Shown: positions 36,967 to 45,517 of the stretch, piece by piece
How positions within the stretch are numbered: position 1 is the stretch's first letter
Layout of the letters: each line of letters opens with the position of its first letter
DNA from: a virus
Direction: 5' to 3' (one strand)
IMG/VR virus record: IMGVR_UViG_3300029319_000012
Span: 1-64,000 of that record
DNA length: 64,000 nt
Notes under the pieces: generated by a model
Database searches by the model: none
Seen by the model: the letters and a program-made list of their open reading frames with translations, nothing else
What the model was told of the DNA's origin: nothing
Made by a program: the position numbers and the translations under genes

Positions 36967-37836
36967 ATGAATGTAATGGTTGTCGGTTGCGGCGCAATGG
37001 GTAAAAAACATGTCAGTGTTTTAAAACAAATCTCTGACACTAAAGTTTTCATGGTTGATCCAGCGTCAAGTGACCTGGAGGTTTTTTCTAGCATTGATGC
37101 TGTTTTATCAAAAAATAAAATTGATTTTGCTGTTATCGCTACGCCAACTAAAACACATTACGATATAGCTTGTCAATTATTACAGAGCAAGATAAGTGTT
37201 TTAATTGAAAAGCCTGTGTTTCATGATTTAGTTGACAAAGAGCAGCTACTTAATTTAGCATCTAAAAATAATTGTAAGCTGGCAGTAGGGCACATTGAAA
37301 GGTTTAATCCGGCAGTGGTTGCACTAAAAAATGAGCTGGCAAATCAAAAAGTATTACATGCAAAATTTGAACGTCTTAGCCCATTTCCTAATCGTGTTAT
37401 GGACGTGGGAGTCAAGCTAGACTTAGCTATTCATGATGTTGACTTGATTAATTTTATTTTACCAAGCAAGATAAAATCTTGTACTAGCGGTAAAACAAGA
37501 GCATTCGCTGATAATGAAGATACAGCAGCTTTCCTTTTTAATCTTGAAGATGGCTCAACCGCTAGTGTATTGACCAGCTGGTTATCACCGTTTAGAAGAA
37601 GAGGTATAGAGGTTTTAACCGACAAAAATTTTTATGAAGTTGATTTAATCAATCAAACAGCAATAAGAAGAACTGCGCACACATGCAATTCTCATACCTC
37701 ACATAATGTTTTTATAAACAAGCATAATGCTCTGAAGGTTCAGCTGGAGTCTTTTATGAGTTACGTTAAAAACAATGAAATTGGAAATCTAGCAACGATA
37801 GAGGATGGTTATGAAGCTTTAGGGTACGTACTATGA
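36967..37836 (+). CDS. Gfo/Idh/MocA oxidoreductase (WbpB/WlbA-like)
   Basis: VGCGAMG, IATPT..H, LIEKP, GHIERFNP, DLAIHDVD. Confidence 0.88.
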   Translation: MNVMVVGCGAMGKKHVSVLKQISDTKVFMVDPASSDLEVFSSIDAVLSKNKIDFAVIATPTKTHYDIACQLLQSKISVLIEKPVFHDLVDKEQLLNLASKNNCKLAVGHIERFNPAVVALKNELANQKVLHAKFERLSPFPNRVMDVGVKLDLAIHDVDLINFILPSKIKSCTSGKTRAFADNEDTAAFLFNLEDGSTASVLTSWLSPFRRRGIEVLTDKNFYEVDLINQTAIRRTAHTCNSHTSHNVFINKHNALKVQLESFMSYVKNNEIGNLATIEDGYEALGYVL

Positions 37837-38723
37837 AAGGCTGTATAAATATTATTTCGTCTAGAAAGCTTTGCATAGAGCACTGTCTAAGATCTTTGTG
37901 GGAGGGCTACAACCACAAACATGAATACCCAACTTATGTTTATTACTTTGATGATATATACGATGATTTAAGCTTTCAAAAACAAATAAAAGAAAGCATC
38001 AGCCAGAACATTCATTTTGTCTCAGTGCCTTATAGAACACCGGACTTTATTGATGAATCGGACATGTTTTACAATAGGCAGGATATATCATATGTGCGCA
38101 ATTCTTTTTCAATAAACAGAAAAGGATACTTACACATGTGTAATTTTACAAGCAACATGTATGGATATGAAAATACTGAGTTGGAAAAATATGATTTTAT
38201 CATGACACATGATGATGAATCAGGTTATGATAAATTAATGCCTTATGATCCTTTTGATGTTTTGGAGCAAGAAGGATACCAAATTGGTGCTTTTTTTGTT
38301 GGTCAAAGATTAAAAAATGGTCAGCCGCACCAAGGGCATTTAGATACAAGGGTTGGCTTGTGGGATTTTACAAAAAGATTTTTGATTGATAATGATATTG
38401 ACCCTAAATCAAAGTCTTTAGCTGATCTTCTAGTTGACTCGCAGGCACACAATAATTTTCATTTTCTAGAGTGGTGTGATACATATGTGATTAAAAACAC
38501 TGCTTTTCAAACAGATTTGTGGAAAAAATGGATTAGTGCTGTTAATAAGAGCGGCGGCATATATAAGTATCGATGGGGTGACAACGAGATCATCAGCTTG
38601 TTTGCTCACATGCTGCAAGATAAAATTTATAATTTTGGTGCAGTTCGTGATGGGATTCATAATCAAGGCAAGTTTAGGTATTTGCAAGATTATGCTCCGG
38701 GAGTTAGAGATCTCAGCAGGTAA
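37833..38723 (+). CDS. GT15 (Kre2/Mnt1-like) mannosyltransferase-like protein
   Basis: GYLHMCNF, YDFIMTHDDES, GGIYKYRWGD. Confidence 0.7.
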   Translation: MKGCINIISSRKLCIEHCLRSLWEGYNHKHEYPTYVYYFDDIYDDLSFQKQIKESISQNIHFVSVPYRTPDFIDESDMFYNRQDISYVRNSFSINRKGYLHMCNFTSNMYGYENTELEKYDFIMTHDDESGYDKLMPYDPFDVLEQEGYQIGAFFVGQRLKNGQPHQGHLDTRVGLWDFTKRFLIDNDIDPKSKSLADLLVDSQAHNNFHFLEWCDTYVIKNTAFQTDLWKKWISAVNKSGGIYKYRWGDNEIISLFAHMLQDKIYNFGAVRDGIHNQGKFRYLQDYAPGVRDLSR

Positions 38724-38725
38724 TT

Positions 38726-39673
38726 ATGAAAATACTATACATAGACCCAGTTGTCAAGACAGCTACATCAGCAAACTATCATTATTATGATGGTGTTTAT
38801 GACGAACTAATAAAAGAACATCAAGTTGCGTTACTGGCTCATGTTCCAGCCAACGTTAAAGATATATGTAGACACAATAACTTTGAGCCAGATTTTGTTG
38901 TTTTTGGATTAGGGTGGTTTAATCATAAATATTTTAACAAAATTCAAGGTCTAGATTATCCATCGGCATGTGTATTATTCAAGCCGCAAAATGAATTAAA
39001 AGAAAAGCTTGATTTTTGCAAAATAAACAGTATTGATGTTTTATTAACACCAAATCCTGATTTTGCAGGATACGAAAATATAACTGGTGTTAAATCTATG
39101 CTCTTTCCATATGGATTTGATGCTGATACGTTTTACGATAGAGGTCTAAAAAAAGAATATGATGTTGGTTTTTCTGGTGCGTTGCACGAAAATAAACATT
39201 ATCCACCGGGTGCTTTTCCTGTTGAGAATATTAGAACGAAAATAGGTGGTCTTCTTAATGACAATCACGATATCAACGTTTTCTGGAGTTCAAGTGATTC
39301 TCAGCCGGCTAGAATACCTAGCTATGAAGAATATTCAAAAAAAATTAACAGCTCTAAAATATGGATAGCCACCCAAGCAGCGTTTGGTGATATAACACCA
39401 AGATACTATGAGGTTGCTGCATCCGGTGCTTTGCTGTTTTGTCAAAAAATACCACAGCAATATGAACATATTTTTAAAAACGGTTATAATTGTATTGAGT
39501 TTAATCATGATTTAAGTGATTTTAACAAAAAATTAACTTATTATCTTAACAATGATAGTGAAAGACGCTCAATTGTTAATAATGCTCTAGAGTTTTTTCA
39601 TGACAAATATCAGTGGAAAAACAGAGCAAGTGAGCTAATCACAGTAATGCAAGAAGTGATCGATGGACAATAA
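38726..39673 (+). CDS. CgeB-like glycosyltransferase
   Basis: YDVGFSG, EEYSKKINSSKI, PRYYEVAASGALL, YYLNNDSER. Confidence 0.78.
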   Translation: MKILYIDPVVKTATSANYHYYDGVYDELIKEHQVALLAHVPANVKDICRHNNFEPDFVVFGLGWFNHKYFNKIQGLDYPSACVLFKPQNELKEKLDFCKINSIDVLLTPNPDFAGYENITGVKSMLFPYGFDADTFYDRGLKKEYDVGFSGALHENKHYPPGAFPVENIRTKIGGLLNDNHDINVFWSSSDSQPARIPSYEEYSKKINSSKIWIATQAAFGDITPRYYEVAASGALLFCQKIPQQYEHIFKNGYNCIEFNHDLSDFNKKLTYYLNNDSERRSIVNNALEFFHDKYQWKNRASELITVMQEVIDGQ

Positions 39674-40517
39674 ACAAATATTCAAACAAAATTTAAAAAT
39701 GATTGAAATAGAAATTTATTCCTATTGCAACCGAGTTTGTTGGTTCTGCCCAAATTCTTTTATTGATAGAAGAAGTGAAAATAAATTTATGTCGGAAAGC
39801 GATTATTTAGATTTGCTGAATCAACTAGCTGAAATTGATTATTCAGGTGAAGTAGCGTATAGTCGATATAATGAGCCCTTGGCTAACAGGCAGGTGTTTG
39901 TTGAAAGAGTCAAGCAAGCTAGGCAGATATTACCAAATGCTATATTAAAGACAAATACAAATGGCGATTATGTTACAAGAGATTACATTGAAGAGTTAGC
40001 TGAAGTTGGATTTAATCAGCTTTGGATTCAGCAGTATTTAGCGAATGAAGAGAGATACGATCATAAAAAGATGTATGATAGAATTCATAAAAAAATAAAA
40101 AAGCTAGGCTTGCCGGCAACTGAGCTAACAAATATACAAGGCTGCAAACTAGAATATGACTTGTCGTATAAAGAAATGACAATACACATTAGGGCGAGAA
40201 ATTTTGAGCTAGATGGATCGAGTCGAGGAGACACAGTTCCAATTGCTGATGATTATCAGAGAACACAAAGATGCATGCAAGTTTCTGATAATATGTATAT
40301 AGATTATAATGGAAGCGTAATGGTTTGCTGTGCTTTACGCTCAGACGTGCCGGGACAAGAAAGCGGTATAATGGGGCATATTAGCGACGGAAAGCTGTGG
40401 GATATTCATGTTAATGATAGCTATTCTTCATGGAGAGAACATCATAAAGAGGATGGACCTAAAGAGGGTTTTTGTAGAACGTGTCGAGATAGCGTGAAGC
40501 CGACTTATGAGCAATAA
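39663..40517 (+). CDS. Radical SAM protein with SPASM/twitch-like C-terminus
   Basis: CNRVCWFC; YNEP; TNG; IDYNGSVMVCC...CRTC. Confidence 0.85.
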   Translation: MDNKQIFKQNLKMIEIEIYSYCNRVCWFCPNSFIDRRSENKFMSESDYLDLLNQLAEIDYSGEVAYSRYNEPLANRQVFVERVKQARQILPNAILKTNTNGDYVTRDYIEELAEVGFNQLWIQQYLANEERYDHKKMYDRIHKKIKKLGLPATELTNIQGCKLEYDLSYKEMTIHIRARNFELDGSSRGDTVPIADDYQRTQRCMQVSDNMYIDYNGSVMVCCALRSDVPGQESGIMGHISDGKLWDIHVNDSYSSWREHHKEDGPKEGFCRTCRDSVKPTYEQ

Positions 40518-40611
40518 TAGAAAGTTGCAGGAAATGTTGCCAATTGAAGAATACGATTTAATGGACAAATAAATTTAGTTGTTATACGAAGGTCATAGAA
40601 CAGGAAAATAA

Positions 40612-41265
40612 ATGAAAATGCAAAAACATCAAACATATTGGCAAGAAAGCTTGGCTGAGCAAGATCTTAAAAAGTGGCTTGGAAATAGTAAAACTTTGCA
40701 CAATGCTTATGTATTTGACCGCATACGCCGATATAAATCTGTTATAGATTGCGGCGCAGGAGTTTTCAGTCAGCATCAATTAATAACTGAATTCAATTTA
40801 GACATAAGATATGTTGGGACTGAAATAACAAAAAGGTTTGTTGATATCGGAATTGAAAAGGGAATAGAGGTATATCACTGTTCAGTTGAAAAAATGAACG
40901 TCCCTGATCAGTACTGTGAAGTTGCTATATGTTTATCAGTTCTTAATCACCAATTAGACTTTAAAAATTCAATCATGGAATTGCTAAGAGTTGCAGAAAA
41001 AGAAGTCATAATTAGTTTTTTTAAGCCCTTTGTAGAAGCGCCCGACACTTGCGGAGAAATACTAAAAAATAAAAATAAATATCCAATTATAAACATGGAT
41101 AAAAATATAGGTGTATCAATTCAAAGACATAAAAAATTTATTTATACTTTTTTTTCAAAAAGGGCAATTGAAAAATTTTTAGATAATTTGCCGGTAAAAT
41201 ATTTTTTTGAAGTTTTGGAAGATCACACAATAATGCTTCACATAATAAAACAGGAAGATAAATGA
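40612..41265 (+). CDS. Class I SAM-dependent methyltransferase
   Basis: VIDCGAG; SVLNH; ELLRVA. Confidence 0.75.
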   Translation: MKMQKHQTYWQESLAEQDLKKWLGNSKTLHNAYVFDRIRRYKSVIDCGAGVFSQHQLITEFNLDIRYVGTEITKRFVDIGIEKGIEVYHCSVEKMNVPDQYCEVAICLSVLNHQLDFKNSIMELLRVAEKEVIISFFKPFVEAPDTCGEILKNKNKYPIINMDKNIGVSIQRHKKFIYTFFSKRAIEKFLDNLPVKYFFEVLEDHTIMLHIIKQEDK

Positions 41266-42053
41266 AAGTAGCAGTATTAATAACAGGACAGTTAAGAGAC
41301 TATAAAGTTAATTGCATTAATCATGTCAAGCATTTATTAGAGCCAAACAACGCAGATGTGTTTGGCTATATATGCACAAAAAATACTTTGCATTCGTGTG
41401 GTCAGTCTTTAGAGCAGAAATATTATTTAACAAATGAATATCAAGAAGAAGAAATAAAAACTAGCCTATCTGAAATTTATGGTGATCACCTAAAAGATAT
41501 TGTTGTTGATTCAAATGAAAAACTGCCAGATGATAATTTTGGCACTCTAGGCTATTTCAGGACCAGAATGCAAAATCAGATCGATAACATTGCGAAGGGA
41601 TATGAATTAGCAAAAAACTATTCGAAAAATAATAATTTTGAATACGATGTTATTATTAGATGTCGCCCAGATAACTCTGTATATTTGAGTCCAGTTGATG
41701 TTTCTAAAATTCAGTTTAAAGACGATTTAATCTACAGCACAGTTTTTATGCCATCTGGTCATAGAGATTTGTGCTTTTTTGCTATGTCAAATCCTCAAAC
41801 ATTTGAAAAGTATATTACATATAAGTATTTGGACGGCGAAGACGCTAGCAGGACAGACAGTAATTTTAAATGCACCGAACATGCATGGGAGGACTACTTA
41901 GTTTCAATGGGCGTTCAGGTTGCCTATGTTCAGGATATTTGTCGTCCATTTACTGGATTTTATAAAGATCGACCGGTCTCTGATTTTCCTTATAGAGTAA
42001 AAGATGCAAAATTAATTGATGCTGAGGGCAACTTTGTTGATCAGGTAATATAA
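41262..42053 (+). CDS. Putative glycosyltransferase / glycan-modifying enzyme
   Basis: MKVAVLITGQLR...YDVIIRCRPD pattern, typical of viral glycan clusters. Confidence 0.6.
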   Translation: MKVAVLITGQLRDYKVNCINHVKHLLEPNNADVFGYICTKNTLHSCGQSLEQKYYLTNEYQEEEIKTSLSEIYGDHLKDIVVDSNEKLPDDNFGTLGYFRTRMQNQIDNIAKGYELAKNYSKNNNFEYDVIIRCRPDNSVYLSPVDVSKIQFKDDLIYSTVFMPSGHRDLCFFAMSNPQTFEKYITYKYLDGEDASRTDSNFKCTEHAWEDYLVSMGVQVAYVQDICRPFTGFYKDRPVSDFPYRVKDAKLIDAEGNFVDQVI

Positions 42054-42054
42054 T

Positions 42055-42894
42055 ATGATTTTTCTTCACCTTACAAATGGCTTCGGCAATAACTTGTTTC
42101 AATACATCGCTGCTCGTTTGCTAGCAGAGAAGCACAACAAAAAACTAATTGTCATACCACCTAGTAAAACTTACTATGGCACGGATGAACTAAAAAAAAT
42201 AAATGTGCAGTTTTCGTCAGCTGAAAGAAAGGGCAACTTGGCTCATGTTAATGATACTAACTACTTAGCTGCCTTCAAGCCAGAATACTCTGAATTTTCT
42301 TTTGTTATGTGTGGGTACTTTGAAGACTATCGTTATTATATTGATCATATTGAAAAAATAAAAACTTGGTTTCCACAGCCATCTGAAGCAAATAATAAAG
42401 ATCTCGTTATTCATTTACGTGCAGGGGACAGGCTTTTTTATAAGAATGAGTTCGATACAAAGCCAACTGCTGAGCATTTTAAAAATGCAATAAAAAACTT
42501 TAATTTTGATGGTTTACATATTGTCTCTGATATGCCAAAATGGGAGCATATAAATACTAAAGATTTAAACCATATGAGTTTTCATTATAATGTACCAAAA
42601 AAACAAAGAGTAGAAGCACAAAAATCTGTTGACTACTTTAATTCTCTTGTTGATTGCTTTTCAAAATATAATCCTGTTTTTAAAAAGAGAAGCGTGGCTG
42701 ATGATTTTCAGTTTATTAGGGGCTTTAAAAATATTTTATTTCAACACGGCACCATGAGCTGGTGGGCTGCTGCTTTAAGTGAAGCCGAAAGAGTGGGTGT
42801 TTACGGTCCCTGGCGTCCATGGAAAGGCGCCTCAAACAAAAATTTAAGCAATGTGCCAATTGATAGTTGGTTTAAGTGGGGTGAGGATGTCTGA
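42055..42894 (+). CDS. GT11 alpha-1,2-fucosyltransferase-like protein
   Basis: GFGNNLFQY, GYFED, IHLRAGD, GTMSWWAA. Confidence 0.8.
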   Translation: MIFLHLTNGFGNNLFQYIAARLLAEKHNKKLIVIPPSKTYYGTDELKKINVQFSSAERKGNLAHVNDTNYLAAFKPEYSEFSFVMCGYFEDYRYYIDHIEKIKTWFPQPSEANNKDLVIHLRAGDRLFYKNEFDTKPTAEHFKNAIKNFNFDGLHIVSDMPKWEHINTKDLNHMSFHYNVPKKQRVEAQKSVDYFNSLVDCFSKYNPVFKKRSVADDFQFIRGFKNILFQHGTMSWWAAALSEAERVGVYGPWRPWKGASNKNLSNVPIDSWFKWGEDV

Positions 42895-43765
42895 TAAAAA
42901 AAGATGCTTGGTGACAGGACACAAAGGATACATTGGTTCTAAGCTATACAACAAGCTACAAAACATGGGTCATGAGGTTTTAGGGATTGATTTAGTTGAT
43001 GGCGATGATCTATGCATGCTTAATTCTAACGATCATGCAAAGTATTTTAATTTTCAACCAGAGTATATATTTCATTTAGCATGCTGGCCACGTGTTGGAT
43101 TCAGTATTGAAAACCCTGTAGCAACTATGAAAAATAATGTAATGGCTGGAACAGTCTTATTAGATTATGCAAAAAAAGTGGGCGCCAAAAGAGTTATTTA
43201 CTCTAGTTCTTCATCGATTCTTGGCAACGGTCAAGGACCTGAAAGTCCATATGCGCTACAAAAAATGGTTACAGAGGTTGAGTGCAAGTTATACGCTTCC
43301 CTTTATGATATTGACACAGTTTCTTTGCGTTATTTTAACGTTTACTCAGAAGATCAACAAGCAGATGGTCCATATGCAACAGCCATATGCAATTGGATGA
43401 AGTATATTAAAGAAGATAAAACACCATTTATTACAGGTGATGGAGAGCAGCGACGAGACATGTTGCATGTTGACGATGCTATCTCTGCCAATATATTTGC
43501 CATGGAAAGAGGTGAAAACTTTAATGGCGGCGTATATGATGTTGGTACCGGAAACAACATATCGCTAAACGAAGTAAAGCATATTGTAAATGGCTTCTTC
43601 CCTGATGTATCTTTTGAATACCGTGACGATAGACCAAATGAAGTTAGAGAAACAAAAGCTTTAATTTATCCATTAAAACAATTAGGTTGGCAAACCAATA
43701 TTACAATTGAATCAGGAATATCTAGTTGTTTTGAAAATCTAAAACAGGAGTTAGAAAATGTATAA
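42887..43765 (+). CDS. NAD-dependent nucleotide-sugar epimerase/dehydratase
   Basis: VTGHKGYIG, YSSSSS, YALQK, LRYFNVY, GDGEQRRD. Confidence 0.9.
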   Translation: MSDKKRCLVTGHKGYIGSKLYNKLQNMGHEVLGIDLVDGDDLCMLNSNDHAKYFNFQPEYIFHLACWPRVGFSIENPVATMKNNVMAGTVLLDYAKKVGAKRVIYSSSSSILGNGQGPESPYALQKMVTEVECKLYASLYDIDTVSLRYFNVYSEDQQADGPYATAICNWMKYIKEDKTPFITGDGEQRRDMLHVDDAISANIFAMERGENFNGGVYDVGTGNNISLNEVKHIVNGFFPDVSFEYRDDRPNEVRETKALIYPLKQLGWQTNITIESGISSCFENLKQELENV

Positions 43766-43934
43766 ACTATCAGACGAAGCGCTCGGAGCTGTTATGCTCG
43801 CGCTACAAAATTCATTAATGCATCAAACGGATATTGTCCCAGTTTTAAAGAACTTTGATTTTAAGCCCGATGACAAAAGCGAGCTTTATGTGATGAATCC
43901 GCCTATTCTTAAAATGGATCATCCAGAAGAATGA
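43758..43934 (+). CDS. 58-aa hypothetical protein (not in ORF track)
   Basis: MYKLSDEALGAVMLALQNSLMHQTDIVPVL...; AGGAG SD; fills the gap between coupled genes. Confidence 0.65.
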   Translation: MYKLSDEALGAVMLALQNSLMHQTDIVPVLKNFDFKPDDKSELYVMNPPILKMDHPEE

Positions 43935-44197
43935 TGCCAAAATACATCTATAAGTGTAAAAATTGCGATAGTCTTTTAACTTTTTATCATTCTGTATCTG
44001 AAAACAGATCAGACTGCACAGAGTGTGGAACAAAAGATATTTTAGTTAAAACACCGCCAAATTTTATGCTGTATAAAGATGTTGATCAAAATAAGAAAGT
44101 CGGAGATGAAGTTAAAAAATCAATTGAGGACTTTAGATCCGATCTTGAAGATGAGAAGCAGAGGTTAAGAGAGAGTGTTTGGCAACCAGATGATTAA
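43934..44197 (+). CDS. FmdB-like zinc-ribbon protein
   Basis: MPKYIYKCKNC...CTECG. Confidence 0.75.
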   Translation: MPKYIYKCKNCDSLLTFYHSVSENRSDCTECGTKDILVKTPPNFMLYKDVDQNKKVGDEVKKSIEDFRSDLEDEKQRLRESVWQPDD

Positions 44198-44582
44198 ATA
44201 TGGATTAGCGGCATCTGTCATTATCAATGCTGTTTTTTTAATGTATGTGCTTGGTGTAGTTTATTTTTTGCTATACGTGAGTGCTTTAATTAATATTTTA
44301 TTAATTGTTTACTGTGTAACTCTTTTAAGAAAAGAAAATAGACTCAGGGATGATGTCATGTCAATTTTTAAGTCTATAGAGGAATTTTCAGATCATTTAG
44401 ATAATTTATATTCTCTAGAGACTTTTTATGGGGATGAAACCATTCAAGGCTTAATCGACCACTCTAGAGGTGTCATTAATGATATTGTCAATATGCAAGA
44501 AAAATATTATGATGACGTAGAAGTTGAGGAAATTAAGTATGACGAAGCCCAAGAGGACGCGCCGGAAAAGGACAACGAATAG
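44190..44582 (+). CDS. Membrane protein
   Basis: Two N-terminal TM segments; acidic cytoplasmic tail. Confidence 0.65.
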   Translation: MIKYGLAASVIINAVFLMYVLGVVYFLLYVSALINILLIVYCVTLLRKENRLRDDVMSIFKSIEEFSDHLDNLYSLETFYGDETIQGLIDHSRGVINDIVNMQEKYYDDVEVEEIKYDEAQEDAPEKDNE

Positions 44583-45240
44583 GTACTTTACCAAAGTACA
44601 TGAAGACGCAATAATTAAATATGCTTTAACAGACTCTAGAGCTGTTAGATCTGATTTATATATTGAGTTTATCGAGCCAGCTTTTCACGAGATGGTAGAA
44701 AAGATTGTTTTTACATATAAGTTTAATAATCTACCAAACATTGATTATTTAAAAGATGATTGTAAAATATGGCTAATGACAATCCTTGATAAGTATGATC
44801 CTAACAGAAAGTCAAAAGCGTTCTCTTATTTTAGTGTTATTACAAAAAATTGGTTTATTCATAAAGTAAAGCAAAACTCTAAAAAACTTAAAAGAGATCT
44901 TAAGTATGAAGATCTAACTAAAGAAACAGAGATTAAAGAGTTAATTGTAGAAAATACTTATGAATCTGACAGAGAAGAAAGAGAATTTTGGATGCATCTT
45001 TTTCAAGAGATGGAAAGTTGGGAAAAGCTTAAGCTTAAAGATAATGAGAAAAAAGTACTTGATGCCATAAAAATTCTATTTGACAGCATTGAACAAATTG
45101 AGATTTTTAACAAAAAAGCTATTTACCTATACATGAGAGAAATCACAGGGTTGAATACAAAACAGATTGTCAATAACCTGAATAGAATCAGAAAAAGGTA
45201 TAGGAGCTTTGTTGTCGAATGGCAAAAGGGAAACATATAG
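44539..45240 (+). CDS. Phage sigma factor (T4 gp55-like late sigma)
   Basis: Sigma region-2-like KYDPNRKSKAFSYFSVITKNWF; YFTKVHEDAIIKY N-terminus; HTH-like C-terminus. Confidence 0.65.
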   Translation: MTKPKRTRRKRTTNRYFTKVHEDAIIKYALTDSRAVRSDLYIEFIEPAFHEMVEKIVFTYKFNNLPNIDYLKDDCKIWLMTILDKYDPNRKSKAFSYFSVITKNWFIHKVKQNSKKLKRDLKYEDLTKETEIKELIVENTYESDREEREFWMHLFQEMESWEKLKLKDNEKKVLDAIKILFDSIEQIEIFNKKAIYLYMREITGLNTKQIVNNLNRIRKRYRSFVVEWQKGNI

Positions 45241-45515
45241 ATTCTGACGAATATATCAATGAAGCGATTGATAACGTTAGGAAAGACCGCGCTATGGCTT
45301 CGACTTTGCTTATAGAGGTCATGAAGCTTCTTAAGTCAGATGAAAACAAGCATCAATACTCTGGTCCTGTTGCAGCAAAATATTTAGAAACACTGCAGCG
45401 CTCAAATGAGCAGCTTGTTAAGCTAGCTTCATTAATGTCAAAAAAAGAAGCAGCAGTGGCAGACATGTCTTCTATTGATAAATCTGACATATATGATATG
45501 ATCAAAGAGGATTAG
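45219..45515 (+). CDS. Hypothetical coiled-coil protein
   Basis: KYLETLQRSNEQLVKLA. Confidence 0.65.
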   Translation: MAKGKHIDSDEYINEAIDNVRKDRAMASTLLIEVMKLLKSDENKHQYSGPVAAKYLETLQRSNEQLVKLASLMSKKEAAVADMSSIDKSDIYDMIKED

Positions 45516-45517
45516 AT

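Noticed and set aside
40507-40572. 21-codon ORF MSNNRKLQEMLPIEEYDLMDK after the radical SAM gene (possible RiPP precursor or gene remnant)
   Set aside because: Too short, no clear SD or precursor features; the glycan context explains the radical SAM enzyme better
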